A DNA stretch of 64,000 bases from Negativicutes bacterium (GCA_963665275.2 CAXXIN010000001.1:115580-179579); one strand, 5' to 3'; shown: positions 28,722-39,976, counted from the first letter of the stretch. Numbers and translations are program-made. The notes: generated by a model from the sequence alone, not told the origin.

Positions 28722-29507
28722 ATGAGCGAAATGGAATACAAGAATTTTCTTTTGACCATTGAAAACAAGGTCGCGATCTTCACAATCAATCGCCCGGAAT
28801 TGCGTAACGCCATGAGCATGGAATGCTGGCAGGAACTGGGTCAATTTATCGATGAGGCAAGTGTGAATGACGATATTCAAGTGATCGTGCTTACCGGCGC
28901 CGGAGATAAAGCGTTTATTGCCGGGGCTGACCTTAAAATGCTGCAGACGCGCAAAGGAATCGACGCTTTAGGGGGGCTCGGGCAGGCCGTCGTAAAAAAA
29001 ATCGAAGACTGCAGCAAACCCGTGATTGCAGCCGTGAATGGCATGGCTTTCGGCGGTGGCTGCGAGATCACTCTGGCCTGTGATATCCGGATGGTGTCCG
29101 ATAATGCCTCTTTCGGACTGCCGGAAGTGGGTCTGGGCATTCTGCCGGGTTGCGGCGGGACCCAGCGTTTGAGCAAGTTGATTGGGTTGGGCCGGGCCAA
29201 GGAAGTTATTTTAGCGGGACGTATCATTTCGGCGCAGGAAGCGGCGCAGTTTGGGATGGCCTATAAATGCGTTCCCCAGGCGGATTTGATGAAAGAAACT
29301 CTGGCGGTTGCCAAAGCCATGCTGCAGAAAGGCCCCCTGGCCCTGCGCCTGTGCAAACGCCTCATCAGCGCCTCCATGTCAACCGATCAGGAAGCCGGGA
29401 TGCTGCTGGAATTATTCGGTCTCAGTATTCTGCTTGATAGCGCCGATAAAACGGAAGGCATTAATGCTTTCTTTGAGAAAAGAAAGCCGGAATACAAAGG
29501 CCGTTAA
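28722..29507 (+). CDS. Enoyl-CoA hydratase (crotonase)
   Basis: AFIAGAD, GGGCE and FGLPEVGLG, so both catalytic Glu are present. Confidence 0.93.
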   Translation: MSEMEYKNFLLTIENKVAIFTINRPELRNAMSMECWQELGQFIDEASVNDDIQVIVLTGAGDKAFIAGADLKMLQTRKGIDALGGLGQAVVKKIEDCSKPVIAAVNGMAFGGGCEITLACDIRMVSDNASFGLPEVGLGILPGCGGTQRLSKLIGLGRAKEVILAGRIISAQEAAQFGMAYKCVPQADLMKETLAVAKAMLQKGPLALRLCKRLISASMSTDQEAGMLLELFGLSILLDSADKTEGINAFFEKRKPEYKGR

Positions 29508-29550
29508 TTGAGATTCTACCAATAAAGAAAAATGAAGGAGGACAAGTATT

Positions 29551-30411
29551 ATGGCAATTGACATTAAAAAGGTGACAGTAATCGGTGGCGGGACTATGGG
29601 CAAACAAATCGCTCTCAACGCTGCTATTAATGGCATGGACACTTATCTTAGCGACAGTTTCCCGGGAGTATTGGATAAGGTTGCTGCATGGAGCAAAGAA
29701 TATCTGGACGGCCGGGTAGCCAAAGGGAAAATGACCAGTGACGAGGCGGCGGCGACCTTAAACAGATTTCATCTTACCGCATCTCTGGAAGAAGCCGTTG
29801 CTCAGGCAGATCTGGTGATTGAAGCCATTGTTGAAAAATTGGAAGCAAAAAAGGAGCTGTTCGCCAAGGTTGCCAAAATGGCTCCGGCAGCGGCTATTCT
29901 GGTCAGTAATTCAAGCACTTTCGTTCCTTCTTCCATGGCTTCGGCTACAGGAAAACCAGATAAGTTTGCGAACCTGCATTACTTCAACCCGGCACTTCAG
30001 ATGGCGCTGGTGGAAGTAGTGATCGGGCCACAGTCCAGCCCGGAAACGATCGAAGCCTTGATGAATTTTGCTCCCAAAATCGGGAAACAAGCCATAAAAG
30101 TCCAGAAAGAGATTGAAGGGTTTATCGTGAACCGGCTGCTCGGCGCGTTGAACAAGGAAGCGTGGTTCCTGCTGGAGAACGGCTATGCGACAGCTCAAGA
30201 TATCGATAGCGGCGCCGAAAAAGGACTGGGACATCCCATGGGATCTTTTCGCCTGATGGATCTGATCGGATTGGACATTGTCCATGATATCCGATCTGCC
30301 AAATACAACGCAGGCAATGAAGCGGAACGCCCGCCCCAGATCTTGGTAGACAAAGTGCAGAAGGGCGAACTGGGCAGAAAAACCGGCAAGGGCTTCTATT
30401 CATATAAATAA
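29551..30411 (+). CDS. 3-hydroxyacyl-CoA dehydrogenase
   Basis: GGGTMG, IEAIVE, SNSST, LHYFNP, GFIVNR and GRKTGKGFY. Confidence 0.95.
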   Translation: MAIDIKKVTVIGGGTMGKQIALNAAINGMDTYLSDSFPGVLDKVAAWSKEYLDGRVAKGKMTSDEAAATLNRFHLTASLEEAVAQADLVIEAIVEKLEAKKELFAKVAKMAPAAAILVSNSSTFVPSSMASATGKPDKFANLHYFNPALQMALVEVVIGPQSSPETIEALMNFAPKIGKQAIKVQKEIEGFIVNRLLGALNKEAWFLLENGYATAQDIDSGAEKGLGHPMGSFRLMDLIGLDIVHDIRSAKYNAGNEAERPPQILVDKVQKGELGRKTGKGFYSYK

Positions 30412-30421
30412 CAAAAAATGC

Positions 30422-30462
30422 ATTGAAAAAATGGGGAGCACGAATCTCCCTGTTTTTTCAAT
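30422..30462 (+). terminator. Hairpin or terminator after the dehydrogenase
   Basis: ATTGAAAAAATGGGGA...TCCCTGTTTTTTCAAT. Confidence 0.6.
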
Positions 30463-30495
30463 ACAAAGATTGAAAAGTAGAAAAGAGGGGAGTTT

Positions 30496-31686
30496 ATGTC
30501 CAATATTTTTGATGGAATACGTGTAATTGATTTTACAAGTAATGCAGCCGGCCCAATTTCCACAATGCATTTGGCGGATTTTGGCGCTGAAGTAATAAAA
30601 ATCGAAAAGCCAAAAGTTGGTGATGATACTAGATCTTTTCCGCCATCATTGGATGGGATAGGCGTGCCTTTTTTCTGGTTTAATCGCGGTAAGAAGTCAG
30701 TAGTTCTAGATGTGGCTGATCCGGAGGGACGGGACGTTTTATTAAAGCTTATTGCAGACGCTGATATAGTGGTAGAAAGTTTTAAACCCGGAACGATGGA
30801 AAAATATGGCCTTGGATATGAGGCGCTAAAAAAACATAACCCCGCATTGATTATGTGTTCTGTTTCCGCTTATGGACAAACCGGGCCATACAGCAGAAAG
30901 CCGGGATATGACATCGTTGCGCAGGCGCTTAGCGGAGTCATGGATTTAACCGGCGACCCGTCAGGCCCTCCAACCCGCTCGGGGATCGTATTGGCTGATT
31001 ATACGGCAGGCATACACGCATACGCGGCAATTGTTTCTGCACTATATTACCGAAAATGCACAGGCAAAGGGCAATATATTGATATTTCACTTTTCGATTG
31101 CATGGTGTCGTTCAATGGCTATGTTGAATCGGCAGGCTTGGGAAGAAAGGTGACTCGAACGGGCAATCATCATGGGCTATTAGCTCCTTTCGGGCTATTT
31201 CGCGGAACTGGTGGAAGTGTAATCATTGGAGCACCAAACACTACTTTGTGGGGAAATTTGTGCAGTGTTATGGGCAAACCTGAATTGGCAACGGATCCGT
31301 TATTTGCCAGTGCTACGGACCGGCTCAAAAATTTGGACAAATTGGTCATGGAGATCGAACACTGGCTGAAGACGTTTCCCTCGATTGATGAGCCGTTGGC
31401 ACAGGTGGATAAGGGCGGCATTCCGTGTGCGAAAGTCAATACAACTGCTGATTTGCTAAATGATGAACAATTGAAAGCGCGTGGAATGATTACGGAACTG
31501 GAGATGCCTGACGGATTGCCAACAAGAAAAATAAAAGCGCGCGGTAATCCTTTAAAATTCTCCGAAGTAAAAGCCGCTATGAAAAATCCGCCTAATCTCG
31601 GACAACATCAGGAAGAAATATTGAAATCTGTTGGATATGATGAAATTGTGATTGGCCGTCTGAAGGAGAAATGGAGCGTATCGTGA
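30496..31686 (+). CDS. Family III CoA-transferase (formyl-CoA/succinyl-CoA transferase-like)
   Basis: ADFGAEVIKIE, GDDTR, NRGKKS, PGYD and LADYTAG. Confidence 0.92.
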   Translation: MSNIFDGIRVIDFTSNAAGPISTMHLADFGAEVIKIEKPKVGDDTRSFPPSLDGIGVPFFWFNRGKKSVVLDVADPEGRDVLLKLIADADIVVESFKPGTMEKYGLGYEALKKHNPALIMCSVSAYGQTGPYSRKPGYDIVAQALSGVMDLTGDPSGPPTRSGIVLADYTAGIHAYAAIVSALYYRKCTGKGQYIDISLFDCMVSFNGYVESAGLGRKVTRTGNHHGLLAPFGLFRGTGGSVIIGAPNTTLWGNLCSVMGKPELATDPLFASATDRLKNLDKLVMEIEHWLKTFPSIDEPLAQVDKGGIPCAKVNTTADLLNDEQLKARGMITELEMPDGLPTRKIKARGNPLKFSEVKAAMKNPPNLGQHQEEILKSVGYDEIVIGRLKEKWSVS

Positions 31687-31767
31687 GATGCCGTGATCTT
31701 CCATCGGGTGACGTTCTGCGGCAAGGACTAGTCGTATTACCCGAAATTATGATGAGTGGGGGATAAA

Positions 31768-33186
31768 ATGAATCAGTCGATCAAAACGTGGAAACTTGTC
31801 GGCGGCATAGTGGGGATTGCGGTGGCGTTGCTTATTGCCAACGCTCCGGTTCCACAAGGATTAACCGTAAAATCTATGTGGGGAATGGGCATTTTTGTCT
31901 GCGCTGTTGTATGGTGGATGATCGACTTGATTTCTGATTTTGGAACAGCGCTATTAATGTGTTGCGCTTGGGCTGGGTTTAAAGTAGTTCCGATAACTTC
32001 CGCTTTTTCGGCTTTTTCCGGGGGTACCTTATGGATTATTGTCGGTGCACTTGGGCTGGGTCTGGCGGCCACGAAATGCGGGCTGCTGAACCGTGTCGCC
32101 TTAATAACGATGCTGAGATTCCCCCCGACGTTCAAAGGACAATCTTTATCCTTGCTTATTTCCGGGATAATATTGACTCCGTTCATTCCCAGCGCTACGG
32201 CTAAATTTGCGGTTCTGGCGCCTTTTGCCAAGTCGATTTGTGAAAATATGGGGTACGAAAACAAAAGCGAAGAAGCTGCCGGTCTTTTTGGCGCCATGTT
32301 TGTGGCTATTGGACTTGCATATCCCATTTTTCTGAGTGGCAACTTTATGTGTTATGCAGTCTTGGGGTTATTGCCCAAAGAGATTCAAGCACAAATGACT
32401 TGGACTAATTGGTTCATTAATGCCCTGCCTTGGGGATTGACCATGTTGATCCTGATGTATTATGCCATTGTGCGCTTGTATGGTCCGAATAAACAAGCGC
32501 TTACAAAAGTAGATACAAGTTTTCTAAAAAAACAGTTGGAAGCGCTTGGGGCGATCACGAAAAATGAAAAAATCGTTGCTGTCGTAATTGTAAGCGCGTT
32601 GGTCCTGTGGATGACGGAGACTACACATGGGATCAGCTCGGCAATCGTTTCACTGGTCGGTGTGGTAATTTTACTTGCAACCAATGTGATAGATCGGATC
32701 TCGTTTAGAGCGGGGATTGCCTGGGATGCAGTTATTTTTTTGGGAGCTTTGATCGGTGTCTCTAAAGTGTTTGCGGATTTGAAGATTGATCGGTGGCTTA
32801 GCACCGTGTTTGGACCCTATCTTTCGCCGCTCGTGTCAGGTAATATCTTTGTTTTCTTTATTGTTTTAAGTGTTTTCATTTACCTTGTCCGGGTGGTTCT
32901 TGTATCTCAACTGGCGGCCATTGCCATGTTTGTCATAGTATTGACGCCTTTTTCCGTCCAGGCAGGAATCAGTCCATGGGTAATGGCTTTTGCCGTTTTT
33001 GTTGCGGTCAATGTTTGGTACGTATCTTATCATAATGCCAGCTTTTTGGTTGGTTTTTACGCAACAGGCGGGGACTTGGTCACCCATAAACAAACGATAA
33101 AGCTCTCCATAGCATATATGGTGGTTTCTATCATTGGATTATTAGTTAGTGTTCCCGTGTGGAAATTGACCGGCTTGATCAAGTAG
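31768..33186 (+). CDS. DASS/SLC13 family anion transporter
   Basis: Multiple TM helices. IPSATAK, LWMTE..HGI and IAWD. Confidence 0.85.
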   Translation: MNQSIKTWKLVGGIVGIAVALLIANAPVPQGLTVKSMWGMGIFVCAVVWWMIDLISDFGTALLMCCAWAGFKVVPITSAFSAFSGGTLWIIVGALGLGLAATKCGLLNRVALITMLRFPPTFKGQSLSLLISGIILTPFIPSATAKFAVLAPFAKSICENMGYENKSEEAAGLFGAMFVAIGLAYPIFLSGNFMCYAVLGLLPKEIQAQMTWTNWFINALPWGLTMLILMYYAIVRLYGPNKQALTKVDTSFLKKQLEALGAITKNEKIVAVVIVSALVLWMTETTHGISSAIVSLVGVVILLATNVIDRISFRAGIAWDAVIFLGALIGVSKVFADLKIDRWLSTVFGPYLSPLVSGNIFVFFIVLSVFIYLVRVVLVSQLAAIAMFVIVLTPFSVQAGISPWVMAFAVFVAVNVWYVSYHNASFLVGFYATGGDLVTHKQTIKLSIAYMVVSIIGLLVSVPVWKLTGLIK

Positions 33187-33232
33187 CTTTTATCACAAAG
33201 CAATATGGCAAAATACAGGAGAATATTACGGA

Positions 33233-35206
33233 ATGAAAAGCATAAAAATGAAACTTGTGGTTACTATTTTAGCAATCTTTTTTAGTGCACTGAGCACATT
33301 GGGTGGACTCAATTACTGGAAAGCGCGCAGCATTATCACGGAGAATATCGCTGCGGATATGACGCATACTGCAGAAGCGACTGCTGGGGATGTCGGGGAT
33401 TGGTTGGAAGCTCGCAAAATGGAAATTAGTCTCATGGCGGTTGCCCCGGTGATGAAACAGGGGGATAAGGCGACTATTATTCCCTATTTGACTGATGCGA
33501 AGAAACTTAATAATGCTTTTGACGGATTGGGCTATATTTCTCCAGATGGAAATTTTTCGGGCACTTCAGGGGCAACGATGAATGTCTCTACAAGTGAATA
33601 TTTTATCAAAAGCATGCGCGGCGAAATTTGTATAACAAATCCCATGATATCAAAAGTCAAAGGCAATACGGTGGTAGTTGTTTCAGTGCCAGTGAAAGTT
33701 GGCGATAAAGTCAGCGGCGTTTTATTTGCGACAATTGATACGGCAAGTCTGACGGAAAAAGTTGGTACTGTCAAAGTGGGTCAAACCGGCTATGCGTATC
33801 TTATCCAAAAAGATGGGTTAACCATTGTACATCCAAGCAAAGATTTTCCCATGAAGTTCAACGCGTTAACAAGCAAAGAAGCCTCCGATGAACTGAAAGC
33901 GGCAACTGCACGGATGGCCAAAGGCGAAAAGGGCGTCCTTACCCATAAATATTCACAAGGTACGAAAATGTTGGCTTTTGCGCCGGTTCCCGGGATGGAC
34001 TGGTCGTTGGCGGTAACAGTGCCAACGACGGAAGTGACCGGAAGTGTTTCGGCATTGACCTTAATTACTCTCGTTACGATCGTGGTGGTGTTGATCATCA
34101 CCGCTATCTTGATTGCTTGGTTTGCCAACCGTATTGCCAAGCCTATTCAGATGTTGGAAACAGCCGCCAACCGAATTGCGTCCGGTGACCTTTCGCAAAT
34201 CAATATCGGCGTTACTTCGAAAGATGAAATAGGTCGCTTGGGGAAAAGCTTTGAACAGATGGCCCAAAACATTCGTGGACTTATCAAGAAAATTAATGCG
34301 AATGCTGAACAATTGGCAGCATCCAGTGAAGAACTCAATGCCAGTGCGGAGCAGTCGGCGCAAGCGTCCAATCAGGTGGCAATTGCCATTACGGAGGTAG
34401 CGGATGGCGCGAACGAACAACTCGCGGCTGCCGACGACGCATCTTCCATAGTGACGGGTATGTCGGATGGGATCAAACAGATTGCAACCAATGCCGGGTT
34501 GGTCTCCGAGCAGTCAGAACAAGCTTCTGATAAAGCAAAGGAAGGCGGAGCCGCCATAGATAAAGCAATCAGGCAAATGCAACAAATTGAAAACACCGTC
34601 AACACTTCCGCTAGAGTCGTTACAAAATTGGGCGAGCGATCCAAGGAAATTGGTCAGATCGTCGATACTATTTCCGGCATTGCAGGTCAAACAAACCTGT
34701 TGGCTTTAAATGCGGCGATTGAAGCGGCTCGTGCGGGGGAACAGGGTCGCGGTTTTGCTGTAGTGGCGGAAGAGGTACGGAAGCTGGCAGAGCAATCGGA
34801 AGGCGCTGCAAAGAAAATTGCTGATCTGATTGGCGAAATTCAGCTCGAAACCAATACAGCTGTTGAAGCAATGAACAATGGAACCCAGGAAGTTAAAACC
34901 GGCGCTGATGTAGTCAATGCCGCAGGAGTATCGTTCAGGGAAATCACCACGCTGGTGACGGATGTTTCTGAGCAGGTTAAACAGATTTCTGCAGCCATTC
35001 AACAAATGGCTACAGGGAGTCAGCAAATCGTGCTTGCGGTTCAAAAGATTGATGGGTTGAGTAAAAAAGCTGCAGGAGAGGCTCAAGGCGTGTCGGCTGC
35101 TACGGAAGAACAACTGGCATCCATGGAGGAAATTTCTGCGTCCAGCCGGGCGCTGGCGGTGCTGGCGCAAGATTTGCAGACCGCAGTGGCAACATTCCGC
35201 ATGTAA
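33233..35206 (+). CDS. Methyl-accepting chemotaxis protein (dCache-HAMP-MA)
   Basis: Two TM helices flanking a Cache-like domain (GYAYLI..DG..IVHP), and [27 protein letters not shown]. Confidence 0.95.
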   Translation: MKSIKMKLVVTILAIFFSALSTLGGLNYWKARSIITENIAADMTHTAEATAGDVGDWLEARKMEISLMAVAPVMKQGDKATIIPYLTDAKKLNNAFDGLGYISPDGNFSGTSGATMNVSTSEYFIKSMRGEICITNPMISKVKGNTVVVVSVPVKVGDKVSGVLFATIDTASLTEKVGTVKVGQTGYAYLIQKDGLTIVHPSKDFPMKFNALTSKEASDELKAATARMAKGEKGVLTHKYSQGTKMLAFAPVPGMDWSLAVTVPTTEVTGSVSALTLITLVTIVVVLIITAILIAWFANRIAKPIQMLETAANRIASGDLSQINIGVTSKDEIGRLGKSFEQMAQNIRGLIKKINANAEQLAASSEELNASAEQSAQASNQVAIAITEVADGANEQLAAADDASSIVTGMSDGIKQIATNAGLVSEQSEQASDKAKEGGAAIDKAIRQMQQIENTVNTSARVVTKLGERSKEIGQIVDTISGIAGQTNLLALNAAIEAARAGEQGRGFAVVAEEVRKLAEQSEGAAKKIADLIGEIQLETNTAVEAMNNGTQEVKTGADVVNAAGVSFREITTLVTDVSEQVKQISAAIQQMATGSQQIVLAVQKIDGLSKKAAGEAQGVSAATEEQLASMEEISASSRALAVLAQDLQTAVATFRM

Positions 35207-35264
35207 GAGTAGACGGGTTCCACCTTAGTCTGCTTGGTTGGTGAAGTTGATCTCTAAAAAGTTT

Positions 35265-35311
35265 AATAATGCATGACCTTATTACATTTTGTAATAAGGT
35301 CATGCATTATT
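35265..35311. terminator. Perfect 22-bp inverted repeat (terminator or operator)
   Basis: AATAATGCATGACCTTATTACA-TTT-TGTAATAAGGTCATGCATTATT. Confidence 0.6.
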
Positions 35312-35447
35312 GTAGTGAAAATTCTATATATTTTAAACCTATAATGAATTTGGCAATAGAACGACAACATAAACCATAAATATCAACAAGTAAGTTAAAA
35401 AAAGCACAAACTTTAAAGCGCTAAAAAATAAGAGGGGGAAAAACAAC

Positions 35448-36593
35448 ATGGATTTCAAATTGTCCAAAGAACAGGAACTGATTCAGAAAACGGCACGGGA
35501 GTTTGCCGAAAAGCGGATCGCGCCGCTGATGTTCAAAATTGATGAGGAAAATGACGTTCCGGTTGAAATCGCTCAAGCCATTATCGATCTCGAACTGTCC
35601 GGTATTCCGCATCCTGAAGAATACGGCGGAGCGGGCTCGGATTACGTCAGCTATGTCTTGGCGTTGGAACAGATCTGCCGTTTCTCCACCGGCGTCGCTT
35701 CCCTGATCACAGGCAACAATTTGTCGATCAACGCGATCAAAATGTTCGGAACAGAGGAACAAAAACAAAAATGGCTGCCGGACCTTTGTCAGGGCAAAAA
35801 GGTATCCACTTTTGTGTTTACCGAACCAGGTACAGGCACAGATCTGAAGGGACTGACTACGAAGGCCAGAAAAGAAGGCAACGAGTGGGTACTGAACGGG
35901 ACGAAGCGGTTCGCCACCAATGCCGATAAGCCGGGCCCGATTACGGTCTTTGCCATTGATGATCAAAGCGGCTATCCTACTGCATTCTTGTTTGAGAAGT
36001 TCTGTCCGGGCTTTTCTATTTCTGAGCCATGGGACAAAATCGGCTATCGGGGAACCCACACATACGATATTTATCTGAAAGATCTGCGAGTGCCGCAGGA
36101 AAACGTGCTGGGAGAAGTCGGCAAAGGCTTCCAGATCCTGCAACAGAACATCGGTTTCGGCAAAATCTCCATCTGCGCCACCGCTCTCGGTCGGGCTCAG
36201 GGCGCCCTGGAAGAATCCATCAAATATGCGAAAGAACGGACCCAACATGGTAAACCCATCGCTAACTACCCGACTCTCCAAGCTCGTATCGCCGACATGG
36301 CTGCAAAAACCGAAGCCATCCGGGCGCTCGTCTACAGGCTGGGATATCTGGCCAGCCAGGCTAAGACCACGGAAGAACGTATGCAACTGGCGAAACAGTC
36401 GGCAATGACCAAGTTGTTTGTAACGGAAGCTTCAATGGATGTAGTACGCGATGCAATGCAAGTGCACGGTTCCTATGGCATTATGAAAGGCTACCGGGTG
36501 GAAGTGCTATACCGTGACGCCATCATCTCGGAACTCATTGAAGGGGTCAAGGACGTGCAACGGGTCATCGTGGGCAGCGCTCTTTTAAGCTAA
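35448..36593 (+). CDS. Acyl-CoA dehydrogenase (SCAD-type catalytic Glu position)
   Basis: FTEPGTGTD, LNGTKRF, AMQVHGSYG and LIEGV. Confidence 0.93.
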   Translation: MDFKLSKEQELIQKTAREFAEKRIAPLMFKIDEENDVPVEIAQAIIDLELSGIPHPEEYGGAGSDYVSYVLALEQICRFSTGVASLITGNNLSINAIKMFGTEEQKQKWLPDLCQGKKVSTFVFTEPGTGTDLKGLTTKARKEGNEWVLNGTKRFATNADKPGPITVFAIDDQSGYPTAFLFEKFCPGFSISEPWDKIGYRGTHTYDIYLKDLRVPQENVLGEVGKGFQILQQNIGFGKISICATALGRAQGALEESIKYAKERTQHGKPIANYPTLQARIADMAAKTEAIRALVYRLGYLASQAKTTEERMQLAKQSAMTKLFVTEASMDVVRDAMQVHGSYGIMKGYRVEVLYRDAIISELIEGVKDVQRVIVGSALLS

Positions 36594-36608
36594 GCAGGGG
36601 AAAAGGAA

Positions 36609-37898
36609 ATGGAAAAATTCGATGTAATTATCGTCGGCGCAGGGCTGGCCGGTCTTTCGGCCGGCTACACCCTGGCTAAAGCTGGCGTGGAAGTCTTGAT
36701 ACTGGAGCGTGGGGATTATCCCGGCGCAAAAAACGTGACTGGTGGCAGAATTTATCTCAATCCCGTACGCCAGTTCTTTCCTGAGAACTTCTGGGACAAG
36801 GCGCCGCTGGAGAGGCCTGTAACCACCGAAATTATTACGATGGTTTCGGAAAACAGCTCGACATCCATGCGGTTCCGGGCTCAGGATTTCGCCCAGCCGC
36901 CTTATCAGAGCTACACCATACAGCGCAGCAAGTTCGACCGCTGGTTCGGTCAACAGGCGACCAGCGCCGGCGCAATGCTTGTCAACAAGAGCCGGGTGGA
37001 TGATCTGATCTGGGACAACGGACGTGTTGCCGGCGTGATTGCCGGCGGCGAGGAACTGGGGGCCAATGTGGTTTTGGCCTGCGACGGGGCCTTGTCCCTG
37101 GTCGCTGAAAAGGCTGGATTGCGCCAACCTGGCCGGGCGAAGGATTTCGCCGTGGGCTTCAAGGAAGTCATTGAACTGTCTGAAAAAACGATCGAAGATC
37201 GATTCGGTCTGGGAAGCGGCGAAGGCGCAGCACAACTGTTCATGGGCGCGTTTACCAAAGGGCGCTTTGGCGGCGGTTTCGCCTACACGAACAAGACCAG
37301 TCTGTCGCTGGGCATGGTGGTCGGAATCCGTGATCTGATGGAAACCGAGCCGGCGATCAATGCCGCCGCCATGCTCGAAGAATTTAAGAAACAGCCGGAC
37401 GTGGCGGCGCTCATCGCTGGCGGCGAACTGATAGAGTATTCCGCCCATATTTTGCCGGAAGCCGGTTATAACGGCATGTCGCCCTGCTTTGGCAATGGAA
37501 TCCTGGTCGCCGGCGACGCAGCCGGATTGGCTCTGAACATGGGCCTGCTTGTCCGGGGGATGGAGTTTGCCATCGGCTCGGGCGTTCTGGCCGCGCAAAC
37601 CATCCAGGCTGCGCTGGAACAGAAAGACTTCTCGGCGAATGCACTGTCTGCCTATAAGCAGCGCATGGAACAAAGCTTTGTCCTCCAGGACTTGAAAACG
37701 TTCCAGGCGGCGCCGCATGTACTGGATAACCCCCGACTGTTCGGATATTATCCCGAGCTTGTCGGCAAGCTGATGCAGGACCTTTTCGCTGTTGGCAGCA
37801 GCCCGAAGCCCAGCTTCGTCAGAACCGTCCGCAACCACCTGGGGGTTTCGGATCTCCCAGGAATACTCAAAGATGCTTGGGGAGGGCGCAAACTATGA
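36609..37898 (+). CDS. fixC: FixC-like FAD-dependent ETF:quinone oxidoreductase
   Basis: GAGLAG, ERGDYPGAKNVTGG, GGGFAYTNK, SAHILPEAG, AGDAAG and RGMEFAIGSG. Confidence 0.9.
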   Translation: MEKFDVIIVGAGLAGLSAGYTLAKAGVEVLILERGDYPGAKNVTGGRIYLNPVRQFFPENFWDKAPLERPVTTEIITMVSENSSTSMRFRAQDFAQPPYQSYTIQRSKFDRWFGQQATSAGAMLVNKSRVDDLIWDNGRVAGVIAGGEELGANVVLACDGALSLVAEKAGLRQPGRAKDFAVGFKEVIELSEKTIEDRFGLGSGEGAAQLFMGAFTKGRFGGGFAYTNKTSLSLGMVVGIRDLMETEPAINAAAMLEEFKKQPDVAALIAGGELIEYSAHILPEAGYNGMSPCFGNGILVAGDAAGLALNMGLLVRGMEFAIGSGVLAAQTIQAALEQKDFSANALSAYKQRMEQSFVLQDLKTFQAAPHVLDNPRLFGYYPELVGKLMQDLFAVGSSPKPSFVRTVRNHLGVSDLPGILKDAWGGRKL

Positions 37899-38179
37899 TG
37901 ATACCGGGAAACCTGAAAGCCAAACTGGGCATCAACGTGTTCAAGCCCGGCCATCAGCCTCATATTCGGATCAAACCGGGCGCGGAAACGGATGAGCGGC
38001 TGCGAAAAGTGGTGGCTGTCTGCCCGGCCGGCCTGTATTCGATCGATGAGGAAGGCAAAGTCGTGCTGGACATTGATGGCTGTCTGGAGTGCGGAACCTG
38101 CCGTATCGCCTGCGGACCGGAGCTTTTGGAGTGGTATTACCCCGAAGCGGCTACCGGCGTCCAGTTCCGGTGCGGATAG
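37895..38179 (+). CDS. fixX: FixX-like ferredoxin
   Basis: PHIRI, CPAGLY, CLECGTCRIAC and WYYP...GVQFR.G. Confidence 0.9.
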   Translation: MMIPGNLKAKLGINVFKPGHQPHIRIKPGAETDERLRKVVAVCPAGLYSIDEEGKVVLDIDGCLECGTCRIACGPELLEWYYPEAATGVQFRCG

Positions 38180-38198
38180 AAGACAAGGAGTGTTGAAA

Positions 38199-38981
38199 GT
38201 GAACAGTATTGTCTGTGTCAAACAAACGCCGGATCTGCAGCAGGTCCGGATTCGTAAAGAAACCCGGGAACCGATTCTGGAGAATGTGCCCCTAACCATC
38301 GGCAACATCGACAAAAACGCTCTTGAGGAAGCAGTGCGGCTCAAAGAAAAACAGGAAGGCAAAGTGACCCTGGTTTCAGTTGGCGGCGAAGATCTGGAGG
38401 AAACCATCAAGGAAGGCTTGGCAATGGGCGCCGACGACGCGGTTCTCGTGGTGGATCCGCAGCTGGATGGCGCGGAAAGCGCAATCGTAGCGGAAATGTT
38501 GGCCAAAGCAATCCGAAAAATCGGTGATTACGATATGATCCTGCTCGGCGAAGGCTCCTCCGACAACTATTCGGGCCAAATTGGACCGAGATTGGCTGAA
38601 TTGCTGGATCTGCCGCAGGTCACGTTTGTTCGGAGCCTGTCAGTGGACGGCAAACTGCTCCGGGCTACCCGGAATATGGATGACTGTCTGGAAGTTGTGG
38701 AAGTGGAGCTGCCGGCGGTAGTCACCGTGCTCAGCGAGATCAACGAAGCGCGTATTCCGGCGGTTACCCAGATTCTCAAAGCGGGCCGTAAACCCAAAGA
38801 AGTGCTGTCGCTCGCCGATTTGGGCGTGAGTGCCGCCTCGCTGGGGAACCAAGTCCGGACCCTTTCCAACAAAGCGCCTTTGCAGGAACGCAAACAGATT
38901 ATTTTCAAAGAAGACGCGGACGCTGCGGTTGCCAAGTTGGTGCTGGCATTGAAGGCCGATGGCGCGGTTGGGGGGTACTGA
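38199..38981 (+). CDS. fixA: Electron transfer flavoprotein beta subunit (FixA)
   Basis: IVCVKQTPD, ALEEAVRLKE, LAMGAD and GEGSSDNYSGQIGP. Confidence 0.9.
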   Translation: MNSIVCVKQTPDLQQVRIRKETREPILENVPLTIGNIDKNALEEAVRLKEKQEGKVTLVSVGGEDLEETIKEGLAMGADDAVLVVDPQLDGAESAIVAEMLAKAIRKIGDYDMILLGEGSSDNYSGQIGPRLAELLDLPQVTFVRSLSVDGKLLRATRNMDDCLEVVEVELPAVVTVLSEINEARIPAVTQILKAGRKPKEVLSLADLGVSAASLGNQVRTLSNKAPLQERKQIIFKEDADAAVAKLVLALKADGAVGGY

Positions 38982-38982
38982 T

Positions 38983-39936
38983 ATGTCGAAAGTGCTGATT
39001 ATTAGTGAAAATGACAATATTGCCTTTGAACTTCTGACCGCTGGGCTAATGCTCGCCGACGGCGATGCGGCTGGTGTCGCCGCAATAGTGCTGGGGGCCG
39101 GGGCGGAAATCCGGGCGAACGCCTATCTGAGCCGCGGCGTGAAGAAGGTTATCACGGCCGGCGCGGGAAAAGAAAAGCTGGAAACCTTTGACGCCGAAAC
39201 TTATGCAACTGCGGTTGCGCAAATTGCAGGCAAGGAACAGGCAACGATGCTTCTGACCGGCTGCACCCGGCGCGGCAAGGAACTGGCGGGACGCTTGGCC
39301 CAGAAGCTGGGAGCCGCCTGCATTAACGACGTGAAGGCCATTGAATGCGAAAGCGGGGAGGCCGTGTATTCCCGCAACGCCCTGGGCGGGGCGACGGTGT
39401 GCCGTCAGGCGGTGTCTTCACCGGTAGCGGTGATTTCGATTATGCCGTCGACATTTCCACAGGCGTCGGAAGTACCGCCAGCGGGAGAAACGGTGGTGGT
39501 GGATCTGGAACTGAAACCAGCGCGGGTTCGGCTTGTGGAATGCCAATCCAAGAATACAGACTCGGTGGATATAGCTGAGGCCAAAACGCTGGTTTGCGTG
39601 GGCATGGGGCTGGGCGGCCCGGAGAAATTATCGATGGTTGAGGAACTGGCGAGGGTTCTGGGTGGCGAGGTGGCTTGTACCAAACCTGTGGCAACCGATC
39701 AAAAATGGCTATCCGAAGCCCGGATGGTCGGGTTATCCGGCAAACAATGCAAGCCGCAATTATCGCTGTGTCTGGGGCTTTCCGGCCAAGTTCAGTTTGC
39801 CGTGGGAATACGGGATTCCAAAACCATTGTGGCAATCAATACGGATGAGAATGCAACGATCTTCCAATATGCCGACTACGGCATCGTCGGTGATCTCAAT
39901 GTTATCACCGAAAAATTAATAGCTCAGCTCAAATAA
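38983..39936 (+). CDS. fixB: Electron transfer flavoprotein alpha subunit (FixB)
   Basis: DIAEAKTLVCVGMG, GLSGQVQFAVG and IVAINTDENATIFQYADYGIVGD. Confidence 0.9.
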   Translation: MSKVLIISENDNIAFELLTAGLMLADGDAAGVAAIVLGAGAEIRANAYLSRGVKKVITAGAGKEKLETFDAETYATAVAQIAGKEQATMLLTGCTRRGKELAGRLAQKLGAACINDVKAIECESGEAVYSRNALGGATVCRQAVSSPVAVISIMPSTFPQASEVPPAGETVVVDLELKPARVRLVECQSKNTDSVDIAEAKTLVCVGMGLGGPEKLSMVEELARVLGGEVACTKPVATDQKWLSEARMVGLSGKQCKPQLSLCLGLSGQVQFAVGIRDSKTIVAINTDENATIFQYADYGIVGDLNVITEKLIAQLK

Positions 39937-39940
39937 TTCC

Positions 39941-39976
39941 CACAGAAATGAATCCGCTTCAAGGGTTCATTTCTGT
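39941..39976 (+). terminator. Hairpin after fixB
   Basis: CACAGAAATGAATCC...GGGTTCATTTCTGT. Confidence 0.55.

Noticed and set aside
35421-37838. Long minus-strand ORFs of 321 and 417 aa
   Set aside because: They are antisense to well-supported acyl-CoA dehydrogenase and fixC genes, a common codon-bias artefact.
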